Assembly (NCBI GenBank): GCA_039714075.1
Contig: JBDLKA010000002.1
Span: 29,807-93,806 of the forward strand
Source: Candidatus Krumholzibacteriota bacterium
GTDB taxonomy: Bacteria > Krumholzibacteriota > Krumholzibacteriia > LZORAL124-64-63
DNA length: 64,000 nt
Reading direction: 5' to 3'
Shown here: positions 17,458 through 27,975 of the stretch, one piece after another
How positions within the stretch are numbered: position 1 is the first letter of the stretch
Layout: every line of letters begins with the position of its first letter
The notes under the pieces: model-generated
Databases searched by the model: none
What the model saw: the letters and a program-made list of their open reading frames with translations, nothing else
Told to the model about the DNA's origin: nothing
Program-made: the position numbers and the translations under genes

Positions 17458-19889
17458 TCAACCTGCTCGAGCGCGTGGCCGCCTGCGGGGATGCCGGCAA
17501 CCGGATCCTGGGCCCGCGTGCGGGCGAACTCCTGGAGTGGGACCGGGTCACCGATCAGATCGCCTCCTTCTGCCTGAACCGCCCTGCGTCCGGTATCATC
17601 CGCTCCCGCGCGCCCTACGCCGCCTTGGAATCCATCACCCTGCAGCATGCCCTGGCCGACGAGCTTCGCCCGGCCGGGGACACCGACCAATGGCCCCCTC
17701 TGGCCGAGGTCGGGTTGGCCCTGGACCTGGTCCGGCAGCCGCCCCCGGTGCGGCTGGAAGGGCCGGATCTGGTCCTGATCGCGGGGGTCGCCGAGCAGCT
17801 TGACCAGTTGCGCTCCTATTTCCTGGCCGACCGAGCCCAATTTGTCCTGTGGGGTGAAGCCGCGGTCCAGATGGCGGATTTCAGCGGCCTGTCCGGCGCC
17901 ATCCGCCGGGCCCTGGACCGGGACGGCAGCATCCTGGACGGCGCCAGTCCCCTGCTGAGCCGCCTGCGCCGCTCGGTCGCCGGCCAGGAGCGGGCGGTGC
18001 GGCAGGAAGTCGGGCAGGCCATGAGCCGGGCCCGTTCCCAAGGGTGGACCACCGGCGACGAAGTGACTTTGCGGGGGGATCGCTTCTGCCTGCCCCTGCG
18101 TTCGGGTGACAGCCGCCGGATCGAGGGGATCATCCACGACCGGTCGTCATCGGGGGCCACCCTGTTTGTCGAACCGGCGGGCGTGGTCCGCCTGGCCAAC
18201 GATTTGACGGCCACCCGTCTGGAAATCGCGGCCGAGGAGGCCCGCATCATTTTCGAGCTCAACCGGGCGGTCGAACAGGCTTCCGCGGCCCTGGACGATG
18301 CCTGTGAACTGATGGTCCTGCTGGACACCGTGCGGGCGCCCATGCTGTGGAGCCGGCAGATCCGCGGCCGGCGGCCCGGTCTGTCGGACGCGGGGGAAAT
18401 CAGGATCTGCGGGGGGCGCCATCCCCTGCTGATGGAAGCCCTGGGCGAGGGCGACCGCGCCGCGGGCCGGGAACTGGTGGTGCCCCTGGATCTGGAAATG
18501 CCAGCCGGGGCCGGCACCCTGGTCATCTCCGGGCCCAATGCGGGGGGCAAGTCGGTGGCCCTGAAATCGGTGGGGGTGTTTTGCCTGCTGGCCCAGTGCG
18601 GCTGGGATATTCCCGCCCGGGAAGACACCATCCTGCCGGTGATCAGCCGCCTGCTGGTCGATCTGGGCGACGACCAGTCCATCGCCCAGTCGTTGAGCAG
18701 CTTTTCCGCCCATCTTCACCACCTGGGCCGCTTCATGGAGGAAGCCGGACCCGGGACGCTGGTGCTCTGTGATGAAATCGGCAGCGGCACCGATCCGCAG
18801 GAAGGCACGGCCCTGGCCTTCGCCACCCTGGCCAGGTTGACCGACAGCGGGGCCCTGGTCCTGGCCTCGACCCATTTCGGCCTGCTCAAGGCCGCGGTCC
18901 ACGACCACCCCCGCATGGTCAACGCGGCCATGGATTACGACGAACGCGATCTGCGGCCCCTTTTCACCTTCCGCGTGGGCGATCCCGGCACCAGTCACGC
19001 GTTCGATATCGCGGCGCGGATGGGATTCCCGGCCGACCTTCTGGACCAGGCCCGCAGGATGGCCGGTGACGAAAGGGTCCAGATCGAAAATCTGCTCGCC
19101 GACCTGGATCGCCGGGCACGCGAATTGACCACGGCCCAGAAGGAAGTGCTCAAGGAAACCGAACGGGCCCAGGTGCTGGGCCGGGAACTGGACGAGCGAC
19201 TGCGCGGTGTGCGAAAGGAGCGCCGGGAACTGCTGGCCAAGGCCACCCGGGAGGCCGAGGATCTGGTACGGGACGGGCGCCGGGCCATCGAAGAGGCGGT
19301 GCGCCGGATCAAGTCCTCCGGCGCCGACAGGACGGTGGTCAAGGCGGCGCGGGCTCAGCTGGAAAAGCTGGGCCGGCGGCTGGCCGCGGACCAGGAGGAA
19401 ACCCCCGCTCCGGTTCGGGTCGAGCCGGGGCAGCGGGTGCGGATCCCCAATCTCGGCCTGATCGGCACGGTGGTCGAGGTGAGGGGGGACCGGATCCTGG
19501 CCACGGCCGACGGTCTGCGGTTGACGCTCGGTCCGGAAGCCGTACGGCCCCTGGATGATGGCGCTGGTGGCACAGGTCCCTCTGTTGAAACAACTTCGGC
19601 GGATCAGGCGGGTTCCTGGGCCTGGCATGGTGATGTGTCGGGGGCGGACCCTGAAATCGACCTGCGCGGGGTGACCGGCGAAGAGGGCTGGGAGCGTCTG
19701 GACAAGCTCATCGACCGGGCCATTCCCGCCGGACTGGAAGTCATCAACGTGATTCACGGGTTCGGGACGGGCCGGTTGCGGGATCATCTCCACGACTGCC
19801 TGAAAAAGGATCCGCGGGTGGCCTCGTTCCGCGAAGCGGGGCCCGGGCAGGGAGGCGGTGGCGCGACCCGCGTGACCCTGGCTGGATGA
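17454..19889 (+). CDS. mutS2: Endonuclease MutS2 (MutS ATPase plus C-terminal Smr domain)
   Basis: Walker A GPNAGGKS, MutS domain V, C-terminal Smr (DLRGVTGEEG...HGFGTGRLRD). ATGA overlap with cvpA. Confidence 0.9.
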   Translation: MINLLERVAACGDAGNRILGPRAGELLEWDRVTDQIASFCLNRPASGIIRSRAPYAALESITLQHALADELRPAGDTDQWPPLAEVGLALDLVRQPPPVRLEGPDLVLIAGVAEQLDQLRSYFLADRAQFVLWGEAAVQMADFSGLSGAIRRALDRDGSILDGASPLLSRLRRSVAGQERAVRQEVGQAMSRARSQGWTTGDEVTLRGDRFCLPLRSGDSRRIEGIIHDRSSSGATLFVEPAGVVRLANDLTATRLEIAAEEARIIFELNRAVEQASAALDDACELMVLLDTVRAPMLWSRQIRGRRPGLSDAGEIRICGGRHPLLMEALGEGDRAAGRELVVPLDLEMPAGAGTLVISGPNAGGKSVALKSVGVFCLLAQCGWDIPAREDTILPVISRLLVDLGDDQSIAQSLSSFSAHLHHLGRFMEEAGPGTLVLCDEIGSGTDPQEGTALAFATLARLTDSGALVLASTHFGLLKAAVHDHPRMVNAAMDYDERDLRPLFTFRVGDPGTSHAFDIAARMGFPADLLDQARRMAGDERVQIENLLADLDRRARELTTAQKEVLKETERAQVLGRELDERLRGVRKERRELLAKATREAEDLVRDGRRAIEEAVRRIKSSGADRTVVKAARAQLEKLGRRLAADQEETPAPVRVEPGQRVRIPNLGLIGTVVEVRGDRILATADGLRLTLGPEAVRPLDDGAGGTGPSVETTSADQAGSWAWHGDVSGADPEIDLRGVTGEEGWERLDKLIDRAIPAGLEVINVIHGFGTGRLRDHLHDCLKKDPRVASFREAGPGQGGGGATRVTLAG

Positions 19890-20037
19890 CCTTATTCCCG
19901 CCCGTAAAAATCATCTCCCGGGAAAGTTGCCGATTCGGGGTGTTTGAACATATCTTAACAAGTTCCCGATGTCACCGTGTCCACGCCGTCTCGCCCACGG
20001 GGGAACCGATGCAGCAAGGTCTGGGGCTTAATACATA

Positions 20038-21870
20038 ATGGCACCCGTTTTTTCGCCCGACATCATCGCCCGGGTCAAGGATGAGACCGACATCGTCGAG
20101 GTGGTGCGGCAGCACGTCAGCCTCAAGCCCGCCGGTTCCGTCTACAAGGGGTTGTGCCCCTTTCACCGGGAAAAAACCCCCAGCTTCATCGTCACTCCCG
20201 CGCGCCAGCGGTACCACTGTTTCGGCTGCGCCACCGGCGGGGACGTCATCTCCTTTACCATGGAAGTCGAAGGCGTGACTTTTCCGGAGGCCGTGGAGAT
20301 TCTCGCCCGGCCCCTGGACATCGACCTTTCCGCCTGGCTGAAGGATGACGATTCCGAGGGGGAAAGAAGGGCCTTCCACCGGGCCAACGAGGTGGCCATG
20401 ACGCTGTGGCGGGACGCTTTCTGGGATCCGCAGCTGGGCAAAGGCGCCTTGACCTATCTCCAGGACCGCGGTTTCAAGGACAAGGCTCTGCGGGATTTCG
20501 ACGTCGGCTGGGCTCCGGGGGGATCGGATTGGCTGGCGGCCGGATTGAAAAACGGGGGCGTGGATGCGGACCTGGCCCGGCAGGCGGACCTGATGCGTCC
20601 CAGTGACCGCGGCGGGGCTCCATTTGCCTATTTCCGCAGCCGGATTATATTTCCCATCAAGAACATTTCGCGGCAGGTGGCTGGTTTCGGCGGCAGGGTG
20701 ATCGACCAGGGTGAACCGAAATACCTGAATTCCTCTGACAGTTCCTATTTCACCAAAGGAAAGCTTCTTTACGGTTTCGAAGCTTCCCGTATGGCGATCG
20801 CCCGTGAAAAATCCGCCATCCTCGTGGAAGGCTACCTGGACCTGTTGGCGCTGGCCCAGGTGGGTATCGTCAACGTGGTGGCCACCTGCGGCACCGCCTT
20901 CACCCCGGATCAGGCCCGGTTGATCCGGCGCGGAGCCAAAAACGTGGTTCTGCTTTTTGACGGCGACAAGGCGGGTTTGAAGGCGGCCGTGCGGTCGGCG
21001 GACATCGCGCTACAGATCGGTCTGGAGCCCAAGATCGTCAGTTTGCCCGGTGGCAAGGATCCTGCCGACGTCGTCATCGGTGACGGACCCGACGCCATGC
21101 ACGAGGCCCTCAAAAGCGGCACCGGTTACATCCCTTTTCTCAAGGGGTTGGCCGATGCCCGGGGTGGCGATCGGGAAGTGCGCGAAAGGGCCCTGCGCCA
21201 GGCGTTGGGAACGATTGCCCGCATTGAAGACGCCCTGCGCCGGGAGTACGTGCTGCAGGAAGCGGCCGAGACCTTCGGGCTGAAGGTCGGTCTGCTGCGC
21301 GAAGCGGTGGAAAAAGAAGCGGCCGCCGCGCGGCCCCGGTACAAATCGAATAGAGGACCCGGCCCCGGGGGTACTGCCCCTGTGTCGAGCCGGGATGATG
21401 ATAGTGACCAGGCCGGGAGTGGACCCGGCTCCGACGAGGTGACCGCAAACGTCAAGCGCCGCACCGGACCTCAGGTCAGGCGCTCTTTGGCCACAGTCAA
21501 CGCGGAACCCATCGAAGCCGACATGCTCTCACATATCCTGATGGACGACTCGGGTGAGGCCGCCCGGGTTTTTCTGGCTGAACGCGGCGACCTGGAACTC
21601 AGCCGGCCCGAAGCCCGTTTCCTGGTGGACGAACTGTCCGCCTGGGGCGCGGACCGGAATGCGGGTCGCTCGCCGCGGGACTTTGTCCTGGACCGGTGGA
21701 ACTCCTCCGGCGACAAGGTGTACCGTGACTTCGTCAGCCAGCTGATCAACAAGGAGGACCGCCCGGACAGCACCGATTTCATCAAGGTCATCAGGGATTG
21801 TCTCGGCACGCTCAGGCGGAATCTGAAGCTGGCCGAGGCCCGACGGGGTTCAGTGCACACGGGGGAATAA
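20038..21870 (+). CDS. dnaG: DNA primase
   Basis: Zinc-binding [11 protein letters not shown]...[20 protein letters not shown]...DGDKAG. Confidence 0.9.
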   Translation: MAPVFSPDIIARVKDETDIVEVVRQHVSLKPAGSVYKGLCPFHREKTPSFIVTPARQRYHCFGCATGGDVISFTMEVEGVTFPEAVEILARPLDIDLSAWLKDDDSEGERRAFHRANEVAMTLWRDAFWDPQLGKGALTYLQDRGFKDKALRDFDVGWAPGGSDWLAAGLKNGGVDADLARQADLMRPSDRGGAPFAYFRSRIIFPIKNISRQVAGFGGRVIDQGEPKYLNSSDSSYFTKGKLLYGFEASRMAIAREKSAILVEGYLDLLALAQVGIVNVVATCGTAFTPDQARLIRRGAKNVVLLFDGDKAGLKAAVRSADIALQIGLEPKIVSLPGGKDPADVVIGDGPDAMHEALKSGTGYIPFLKGLADARGGDREVRERALRQALGTIARIEDALRREYVLQEAAETFGLKVGLLREAVEKEAAAARPRYKSNRGPGPGGTAPVSSRDDDSDQAGSGPGSDEVTANVKRRTGPQVRRSLATVNAEPIEADMLSHILMDDSGEAARVFLAERGDLELSRPEARFLVDELSAWGADRNAGRSPRDFVLDRWNSSGDKVYRDFVSQLINKEDRPDSTDFIKVIRDCLGTLRRNLKLAEARRGSVHTGE

Positions 21871-21877
21871 GGTTCAT

Positions 21878-23599
21878 ATGGGTACCAAGAAATTCAATGC
21901 GATCATCAGCAAGATTCGCAAGGAGGCGACCGCCAAGGGCGGTTACATCCTGCATGGTCAGATCAACGACATGCTCGGCAGCGAATTCGACATGGACAAG
22001 ATCGAACGGATCTACGAGAAGCTCGGCGAGCTTCAGATCGACTATTACGACTCCGAGGCCGAGGCCAAGGAGAAGATGTCCCGGCGCAAGAAGAAGGAAA
22101 AGAAGAAGATCGCCGCCGCTCGCAAGGTTTCGCGGACCAACGTCAAGTACGACGACCCGGTCCGCATGTACCTGCGGGAAATGGGTCGGGTGCCCCTGCT
22201 GACCAGGCAGGGCGAGGTCAACCTGGCGCGCCGCATGGAAGACGGGCGCATCGCCATCATCGAAGCCACGCTTCGCTCCCGCCACGCCCTGGGCGAACTG
22301 CGCCAGACCGCCAGCCAGATGCTGGCCGAAGCCATCCATGTCGACGAGGTTATCCAGCACGACACCAGCACCTGGAACGTGCACCTTTCGGCGAAGAAGG
22401 AAGCCAAGCGGATCCTGCGGGCCCTGGACAGGATCGAAACCTGGCAGAAGGAGATGGGGGAGGAGAAAGTCGAGCTGGAGACCTGCACCAACGCCAACCG
22501 CTCGGCCACCCTGACCCGCATGATCCAGACCCGGGAGAAGAAGATCCTCGAATGCTTCATGGATCTTCACCTCGCCCCGGCCCAGGTGGAACAGCTGGCG
22601 AACAAGCTCATCCTCGTCCACTCCAAGGTGTGCGACCTGCAGGCCAGGGTCTCGCTGGCCGAAGAGGATGTCGGCGTTCCTTTCGTGGACATGAGCTCGG
22701 CCCTGAAGAGTAAAAGCATCAAGAAGGGCCGGAAGGAAAACATCCAGGAAGCCTATCAGGTCATCCGCAGCATGCGGAAAAGGGTGCAGGACATCGAGCG
22801 GGAAATCGGTCTGACCAGCGACCGTCTCAGCCTGATCGGCAACGAGATCGTGATGGGCAAACAGCAGGTGGACACCGCCCAGCGCGAGATGATCGAGGCC
22901 AACGTGCGGCTGGTGATCAGCATCGCCAAGCGGTACACCAACCGCGGCCTGGAATTCCTGGACCTGATCCAGGAGGGTAACAGCGGCCTGATGCGCGCGG
23001 TCGAGAAGTTCGACTACCGCAAGGGCTACAAGTTCTCGACCTACGCCACCTGGTGGATCCGGCAGGCCATCACCCGAGCCATCGCCGACCAGGCGCGCAC
23101 CATCCGCGTGCCCGTGCACATGATCGAGGCCATCAACAAGGTGAACCGGGCCAACCGGCAGCTGCTGCAGGAACTGGGCCGGGATCCCAAGCCCGAGGAA
23201 GTGGCGACCTTCCTGGAGATGCCCCTGGAAAAAGTGCAGGGTGTGCTGCAGGCGTCCATGGAACCGGTCAGCCTGGACCGGCCGATCGGGGAGGACGAGG
23301 ACAGCAACCTGAGCGACTTCATCGAGGACGACAGCGCGCCCTCGCCGGCGCGGATGGCGGCCCACAGCATGCTCAAGGACCAGATGCAGCGGGTGCTCAG
23401 CACCCTGACCCGCCGCGAGGAAAAGGTCATCCGCCTGCGGTTCGGCCTGGGCGACGGGACCCCGCGGACCCTGGAGGAGGTCGGCACCATCTTCAAGGTG
23501 ACGCGTGAAAGGGTCAGGCAGATCGAGGCCAAGGCCCTGCGCAAGCTGCGCCACCCCAGCCGGAGCCGTAAGCTCAAGGGTTATGGGGAAATGGTTTGA
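21878..23599 (+). CDS. rpoD: RNA polymerase sigma-70 factor RpoD
   Basis: Region 2 ([40 protein letters not shown]), regions 3 and 4, acidic region 1; immediately after dnaG. Confidence 0.95.
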   Translation: MGTKKFNAIISKIRKEATAKGGYILHGQINDMLGSEFDMDKIERIYEKLGELQIDYYDSEAEAKEKMSRRKKKEKKKIAAARKVSRTNVKYDDPVRMYLREMGRVPLLTRQGEVNLARRMEDGRIAIIEATLRSRHALGELRQTASQMLAEAIHVDEVIQHDTSTWNVHLSAKKEAKRILRALDRIETWQKEMGEEKVELETCTNANRSATLTRMIQTREKKILECFMDLHLAPAQVEQLANKLILVHSKVCDLQARVSLAEEDVGVPFVDMSSALKSKSIKKGRKENIQEAYQVIRSMRKRVQDIEREIGLTSDRLSLIGNEIVMGKQQVDTAQREMIEANVRLVISIAKRYTNRGLEFLDLIQEGNSGLMRAVEKFDYRKGYKFSTYATWWIRQAITRAIADQARTIRVPVHMIEAINKVNRANRQLLQELGRDPKPEEVATFLEMPLEKVQGVLQASMEPVSLDRPIGEDEDSNLSDFIEDDSAPSPARMAAHSMLKDQMQRVLSTLTRREEKVIRLRFGLGDGTPRTLEEVGTIFKVTRERVRQIEAKALRKLRHPSRSRKLKGYGEMV

Positions 23600-23655
23600 C
23601 CCGAATTGAAGGATCCATTATCTTGCCGGTCCCGGTCCTGGGGTAGGCGGTATTT

Positions 23656-23733
23656 GGGCCCATAGCTCAGTTGGTTAGAGCAACCGGCTCATAACCGGTC
23701 GGTCCCTGGTTCAAGTCCAGGTGGGCCCACCAA
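23656..23733 (+). tRNA. tRNA with CAT anticodon (elongator Met or lysidine-modified Ile2; the T-arm resembles Ile2)
   Basis: Cloverleaf: GGGCCCA acceptor, anticodon loop CTCATAA, T-arm CCTGG-TTCAAGT-CCAGG, CCA encoded. Confidence 0.85.
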
Positions 23734-23793
23734 GAACCGTTGGGTCAGGTTCGATGGCCCCGGGCCGAGGGCCACGCGGTCAAGAAAACGGAT

Positions 23794-23870
23794 GGGCGAT
23801 TAGCTCAGCTGGCTAGAGCGCTCGCCTCACACGCGAGAGGTCACTGGTTCAAGTCCAGTATCGCCCACCA
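23794..23870 (+). tRNA. tRNA-Val (anticodon CAC)
   Basis: Acceptor GGGCGAT/ATCGCCC, anticodon stem CTCGC/GCGAG with loop CTCACAC, T-arm CACTGG-TTCAAGT-CCAGT. Confidence 0.85.
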
Positions 23871-23934
23871 CCCGTTTTTTCACTCCCGCCGGCGGGGGAC
23901 CCCGGAATTGTGGAGACAGGCAAAAGGCGGGCAG

Positions 23935-23957
23935 GGTGCATCGGCACCTTTTTTTTT
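23935..23957 (+). terminator. Intrinsic terminator after the tRNA pair (short hairpin plus T9)
   Basis: GGTGCATCGGCACC followed by TTTTTTTTT. Confidence 0.5.
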
Positions 23958-24052
23958 GTCCGTTTCAGCCCGGGTGCGCGCCGGCCGGGGAATTCTGTGC
24001 ATGACTTGGCGCCCGTTGATGTTAGAATCACGGGGTACCGGGGAGGTTCTCT

Positions 24053-24766
24053 TTGGATCCGATGGTCATGCTCAATCTCATGGTGGAACTGGCCGGGCTC
24101 GAGGAAGAGTTGGCCGCCGCCAGGGCCACGATCGCCCATCACGGACGGCGTGACCGGCATTTGCGCTCCCTGCAGGATGAATACGTGGCCGATGCGGAAA
24201 ACGCCGCGGCCGCCGAGAAGGGAGCCGAGGTCGATCTGCGCCGCACCGAGGGCCGGATTCGGGATGTCGAGTCCGCTCTGGCCCGGAAGCGGGCCCAGGT
24301 CGGGGCCGTGGGCGACCCCCGCCAGTACCGGGCCCTGCAGGACGAAATCGGAAACCTGGAAGCGGAACTGGACCGGTTGGAAACTTCCGGGCTCGAACTA
24401 TTGGACGATGTCCGGCGCAAGGATACCGCCGCCGGGGAAGCCCGCCGGGATCGTGACGCCCAGGAATCGCGCGGCACCGAGGAACTGGATCAGATGCGGC
24501 GCGAGATGGAGATGGCCCGGGCCGCCGAAGAGGAAATCGTCCAGGAGATCGACCGTCTGACCGGACTCTTGCCCGACGTCGAGAGCCGCCACGTCAAGCG
24601 GCTGATGGCCAACCTGCCCCAGGCGGTGGTTCGTGTCCAGTCGGGGGCCTGCGGAGGTTGCTTCAGCCAGTTGCCGGCCCAGCAGGCCATCGACGCCGAA
24701 CAGGGCAAGGCGCTGGTTCGTTGCGGCTCCTGTTCCCGTTACGTGGTTCGCAAATCCTGGAAATAA
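24053..24766 (+). CDS. Coiled-coil C4 zinc-ribbon protein (COG1579-like)
   Basis: Long coiled-coil followed by CGGC...CGSC ribbon at the C-terminus. In actinobacteria this family sits between Nif3 and RNase H genes. Confidence 0.75.
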   Translation: MDPMVMLNLMVELAGLEEELAAARATIAHHGRRDRHLRSLQDEYVADAENAAAAEKGAEVDLRRTEGRIRDVESALARKRAQVGAVGDPRQYRALQDEIGNLEAELDRLETSGLELLDDVRRKDTAAGEARRDRDAQESRGTEELDQMRREMEMARAAEEEIVQEIDRLTGLLPDVESRHVKRLMANLPQAVVRVQSGACGGCFSQLPAQQAIDAEQGKALVRCGSCSRYVVRKSWK

Positions 24767-24807
24767 AACCGTGTTCGATGACCGGAAACCGAAGGAATGA
24801 CACCCCG

Positions 24808-25509
24808 ATGGCCACTCGCAAACCGGAAACACTGACCGAACTTTTGAAAACCCTCGAACGCAGCGGCGACCTGCGCTCGTTGGCGCGCGAATGCGGCCTT
24901 TCGGTACGGGAGCTGAGACGTCGTCTGTCGATCTGGCGGCGGGAACTCAACGACACCGAGGAGATCGTCGCGGCAGCCGGGAATGCGGGGGAGGATGTCG
25001 GGAAAGCCCGGGCTCCCAAGGGCTTGGGACGGAAAAAGGCCGGTGCCGATGAATGGCCCGAGCTGCCGGCCGCGGGTGATCTGGCCCAGAGTCCCCTGCC
25101 GAAGCGGGGGCGGCCGGTCCTGGAAATCTTCACCGACGGAGCCAGCCGGGGCAACCCGGGCCCGGCGTCCATCGGGGTCGTCTTCAAACTGAAGGACGGG
25201 GTGGAGATCGCCGAGCACTGCGAGGCCATCGGGCGGGCCACCAACAACGTGGCCGAATACCGGGCCGTGGTCGCCGCCCTGGAACATTGCCTGCGCTGGA
25301 AGGTGAAAAGGGTCCATCTGAACATGGACAGCGAACTCATTGCCCGCCAGCTGCACGGCACCTACCGGGTGAAAAGCCCGGATCTGCGTCCCCTCTATCA
25401 GCAAGTCGTGTTCCTGAGCAAGGGGCTGGAGGAATTCCAGGTCAAGCACATCAAGCGGGGCAAGAACACCCACGCCGACGCCGTGGCCAACAGGGCGCTG
25501 GACCAGTGA
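24808..25509 (+). CDS. rnhA: Ribonuclease HI with a ~110-aa N-terminal extension
   Basis: RNase H core FTDGASRGNPGPASIGVV...ATNNVAEYRAVVAAL...HIKRGKNTHADAVAN. The extension holds an HTH-like SLARECGLSVRELRRRL segment. AAGGAA Shine-Dalgarno before ATG 24808. Confidence 0.8.
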   Translation: MATRKPETLTELLKTLERSGDLRSLARECGLSVRELRRRLSIWRRELNDTEEIVAAAGNAGEDVGKARAPKGLGRKKAGADEWPELPAAGDLAQSPLPKRGRPVLEIFTDGASRGNPGPASIGVVFKLKDGVEIAEHCEAIGRATNNVAEYRAVVAALEHCLRWKVKRVHLNMDSELIARQLHGTYRVKSPDLRPLYQQVVFLSKGLEEFQVKHIKRGKNTHADAVANRALDQ

Positions 25510-25611
25510 GATGACGCGGCCGGGCCGCCCGCCTTGGCCCGGAACAGGATAGGGACCTGGTAACCCGCACGAAATCCTGTGACAAGGACCTTGAATCAGT
25601 CTATCATGGCA

Positions 25612-26016
25612 GGGTGAGAAGTCGGGGAGGCAGTCGCGTACCTCCCAAATCCATGATTCGGGAGGTCCGAGGAAAGTCCGAGCTCCACAGGGCAGGGTGC
25701 TGGCTAACGGCCAGGGGGAGTGATCCCACGGAAAGTGCCACAGAAAATATACCGCCGTGGGCCGGATCCGTCCGGAGCGCGGTAAGGGTGAAATGGTGAG
25801 GTAAGAGCTCACCGCGCTTCTGGTGACAGAAGCGGCACGGTAAACCCCACCTGGAGCAAGACCAAATAGCGGAGGATGAGGCGGCCCGCCTCGCCATACT
25901 CCCGGGTAGGTCGCTCGAGGCCGTCGGTAACGACGGTCCCAGATACATGACTGTCGCCGCTTCTTTCCCCGGAAAGGGGTTGGCAACAGGACTCGGCTTA
26001 TGACCGGCTTCTCACG
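25612..26016 (+). ncRNA. rnpB: RNase P RNA (bacterial type A)
   Basis: P1 GTGAGAAGTCGG...CCGGCTTCTCAC; conserved GGAAAGTCCGAGCTCCACAGGGCAGGGTGCTGGCTAACGGCCAGGGGG, GGTAAGGGTGAAA, GGTAAGAGC, ACAGAAGCGGCACGGTAAACCCCACCTGGAGCAAGACCAAATAG, AACAGGACTCGGCTTATGACCGG blocks. Confidence 0.85.
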
Positions 26017-26097
26017 TCAAACCGCAGAATTCGGACTTTTACCGGAAGGTCGCTTCGGCCCCGGTATGTCCGGACCGCCGATGGTTACGCGGAAGGC

Positions 26098-27975
26098 GTG
26101 AATTTTTTGAACCAACCACCCGACAGTTCCCGCCCCTCCGGCATCCTTTCCGGACGGCCCTGGAGTTCGAATTCCACCGTATCCGACGACATCGTGACCA
26201 GGATTCGGCGCGAGGTTCCGCTGGATTTTCAGGTTTCGGATTGCCTGTTGCAGGTTCTGGCCGGACGGGGTGTCACGGAAAACCACGATCTGGAACGTTT
26301 TTTCTATCCTTCCCTGGACCACCTCCACGACCCCTTCCTGTTGCTGGAAATGGACCGTGCCGTCGAGCGCATGTTCACCGCGGCGCGCGATGGCGAGAGG
26401 GTGGCCGTCCACGGGGATTTCGACGTGGACGGAATCACCGGCAGCGCCCTTTTGTATGAGACCATTTCCGCACTGTCGGTGGACGGATCCCGGGTCCAGC
26501 CCGAAGACGCCTTCATTCCCGACCGCGCCACCGACGGATACGGCGTGGCCAGCCGCATGGTGCGAGAGTGGGCGGGCCGTGGCGTCACCCTGCTGATCAC
26601 CGTTGATACCGGAACCGCCGCGGTGGAGGAAATCTCGCTGGCCCGGGACCTGGGGATGGACGTCATCGTCCTGGACCACCACATCTTCGAAACACGTCCG
26701 CCGGCCACGGCCCTGGTCAATCCACGCCGGGAAGGGGCGACCTATCCCAACGATGAGCTTTGCGGGGTGGCGGTCGCCTTCAAATTTGCCCAGGCGCTCA
26801 AGCTGAAGGATCCGGCCTGCCTGCCCGACGGTTTGCTGGGCAGCGTCCTGGACCTGGTGGCATTGGGACTGGTTGCCGATCAGATGGCGCTGGTCGGGGA
26901 AAACAGGATCCTGGTCAAGAAGGGCCTGGAAAAATTCAACGACCGCGCCAACATCCGGCCGGGGCTGGCGGCGCTGCTGGCGGTCAGCGGCCTGGACCGC
27001 GGTTTCCCCGTGACCACCGGCGATTTCGCCTACCAGCTGGCCCCGCGGATCAACGCCTGCGGGCGTATCGGACGGGTCATGTCGGCCCTGGAGCTTCTGC
27101 TGACCCGGGACCCGGCGACCGCCCGTACCCTGGCCGAAGAGGCGGACCGGACGAACACCCGGCGCAAGGAACAGGATCTCCTGCTGAAGGAGGAGGCCAT
27201 CGACATGGCCCTGCCGTTCGTGCGCCGCGGCGACCCCGGCCTCGTCCTGGCGTCCTCTTCCTGGCACAAGGGCATCATCGGCATCGGCGCCGCCCGGCTG
27301 GTGGAGCAATACCAGTTGCCCGTGATCCTGATCGCCGAAGAGGGCGGCGAAGCCCGTGGTTCGGCGCGCAGCGTGCCCAACGTGGACGTGAAGTCGGTAC
27401 TGGACCGCTGTTCCGAACATCTGGTACGCCACGGGGGGCATGCCCAGGCCGCGGGCATGACTCTGCGGTCCCGGGACATCGATGTCTTTCGCGCGGCCTT
27501 CATCGAACAACTCCTGGCCGAACCGCATTCCGGCCCCCTGCCGGAGGGATACGACCTGGACCTGTGCCTGGACGGCATGGGCTCGAAGGAAGTTGCACGG
27601 CTGGTGGGCGAGTTGGAGCATCTGGAGCCCTTCGGGTCCGGCAACCGCAAACCCATCTTCCTGTGCGAGGGACTGCAGCTGCAGAAACCGCCCATGTATC
27701 TCAGCGGGGGAGCCCACCTGCGCTTCGCTTTCCGCGGCCCCGCCCGCGGGAACGGCAACGACACGCCGGCCCTGAGCCGCGAATTCGTTTCCTTCGGCAG
27801 CGGCGACGCCTGGCGCCGAATGGTGGCCGAGAACAAAATGCAGGCCCGGGATCTGCTGGACCGCCGTTGGGACATCCTGTTCCAGATCGGCCGCAGCACC
27901 TTCCGGCCCCGCAACGGCAACTATGACCCCGTGCAGCAGCTCCTGGTGGATATCCGGCCGGCGGTGAAGCAATGA
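26098..27975 (+). CDS. recJ: Single-stranded-DNA-specific exonuclease RecJ
   Basis: DHH motifs (VAVHGDFDVDGITG, TVDTG, VLDHH) and DHHA1 domain. Start uncertain; alternative in-frame GTG/TTG codons lie downstream. Confidence 0.85.
   Translation: MNFLNQPPDSSRPSGILSGRPWSSNSTVSDDIVTRIRREVPLDFQVSDCLLQVLAGRGVTENHDLERFFYPSLDHLHDPFLLLEMDRAVERMFTAARDGERVAVHGDFDVDGITGSALLYETISALSVDGSRVQPEDAFIPDRATDGYGVASRMVREWAGRGVTLLITVDTGTAAVEEISLARDLGMDVIVLDHHIFETRPPATALVNPRREGATYPNDELCGVAVAFKFAQALKLKDPACLPDGLLGSVLDLVALGLVADQMALVGENRILVKKGLEKFNDRANIRPGLAALLAVSGLDRGFPVTTGDFAYQLAPRINACGRIGRVMSALELLLTRDPATARTLAEEADRTNTRRKEQDLLLKEEAIDMALPFVRRGDPGLVLASSSWHKGIIGIGAARLVEQYQLPVILIAEEGGEARGSARSVPNVDVKSVLDRCSEHLVRHGGHAQAAGMTLRSRDIDVFRAAFIEQLLAEPHSGPLPEGYDLDLCLDGMGSKEVARLVGELEHLEPFGSGNRKPIFLCEGLQLQKPPMYLSGGAHLRFAFRGPARGNGNDTPALSREFVSFGSGDAWRRMVAENKMQARDLLDRRWDILFQIGRSTFRPRNGNYDPVQQLLVDIRPAVKQ

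Noticed and set aside
18147-19793. 548-aa minus-strand ORF antisense to mutS2
   Set aside because: Antisense GC artefact with no motifs.
21812-23554. 580-aa minus-strand ORF antisense to rpoD
   Set aside because: Antisense GC artefact.
25604-25948. ORFs called inside the rnhA-recJ gap
   Set aside because: The region is RNase P RNA with canonical conserved blocks and P1 pairing.
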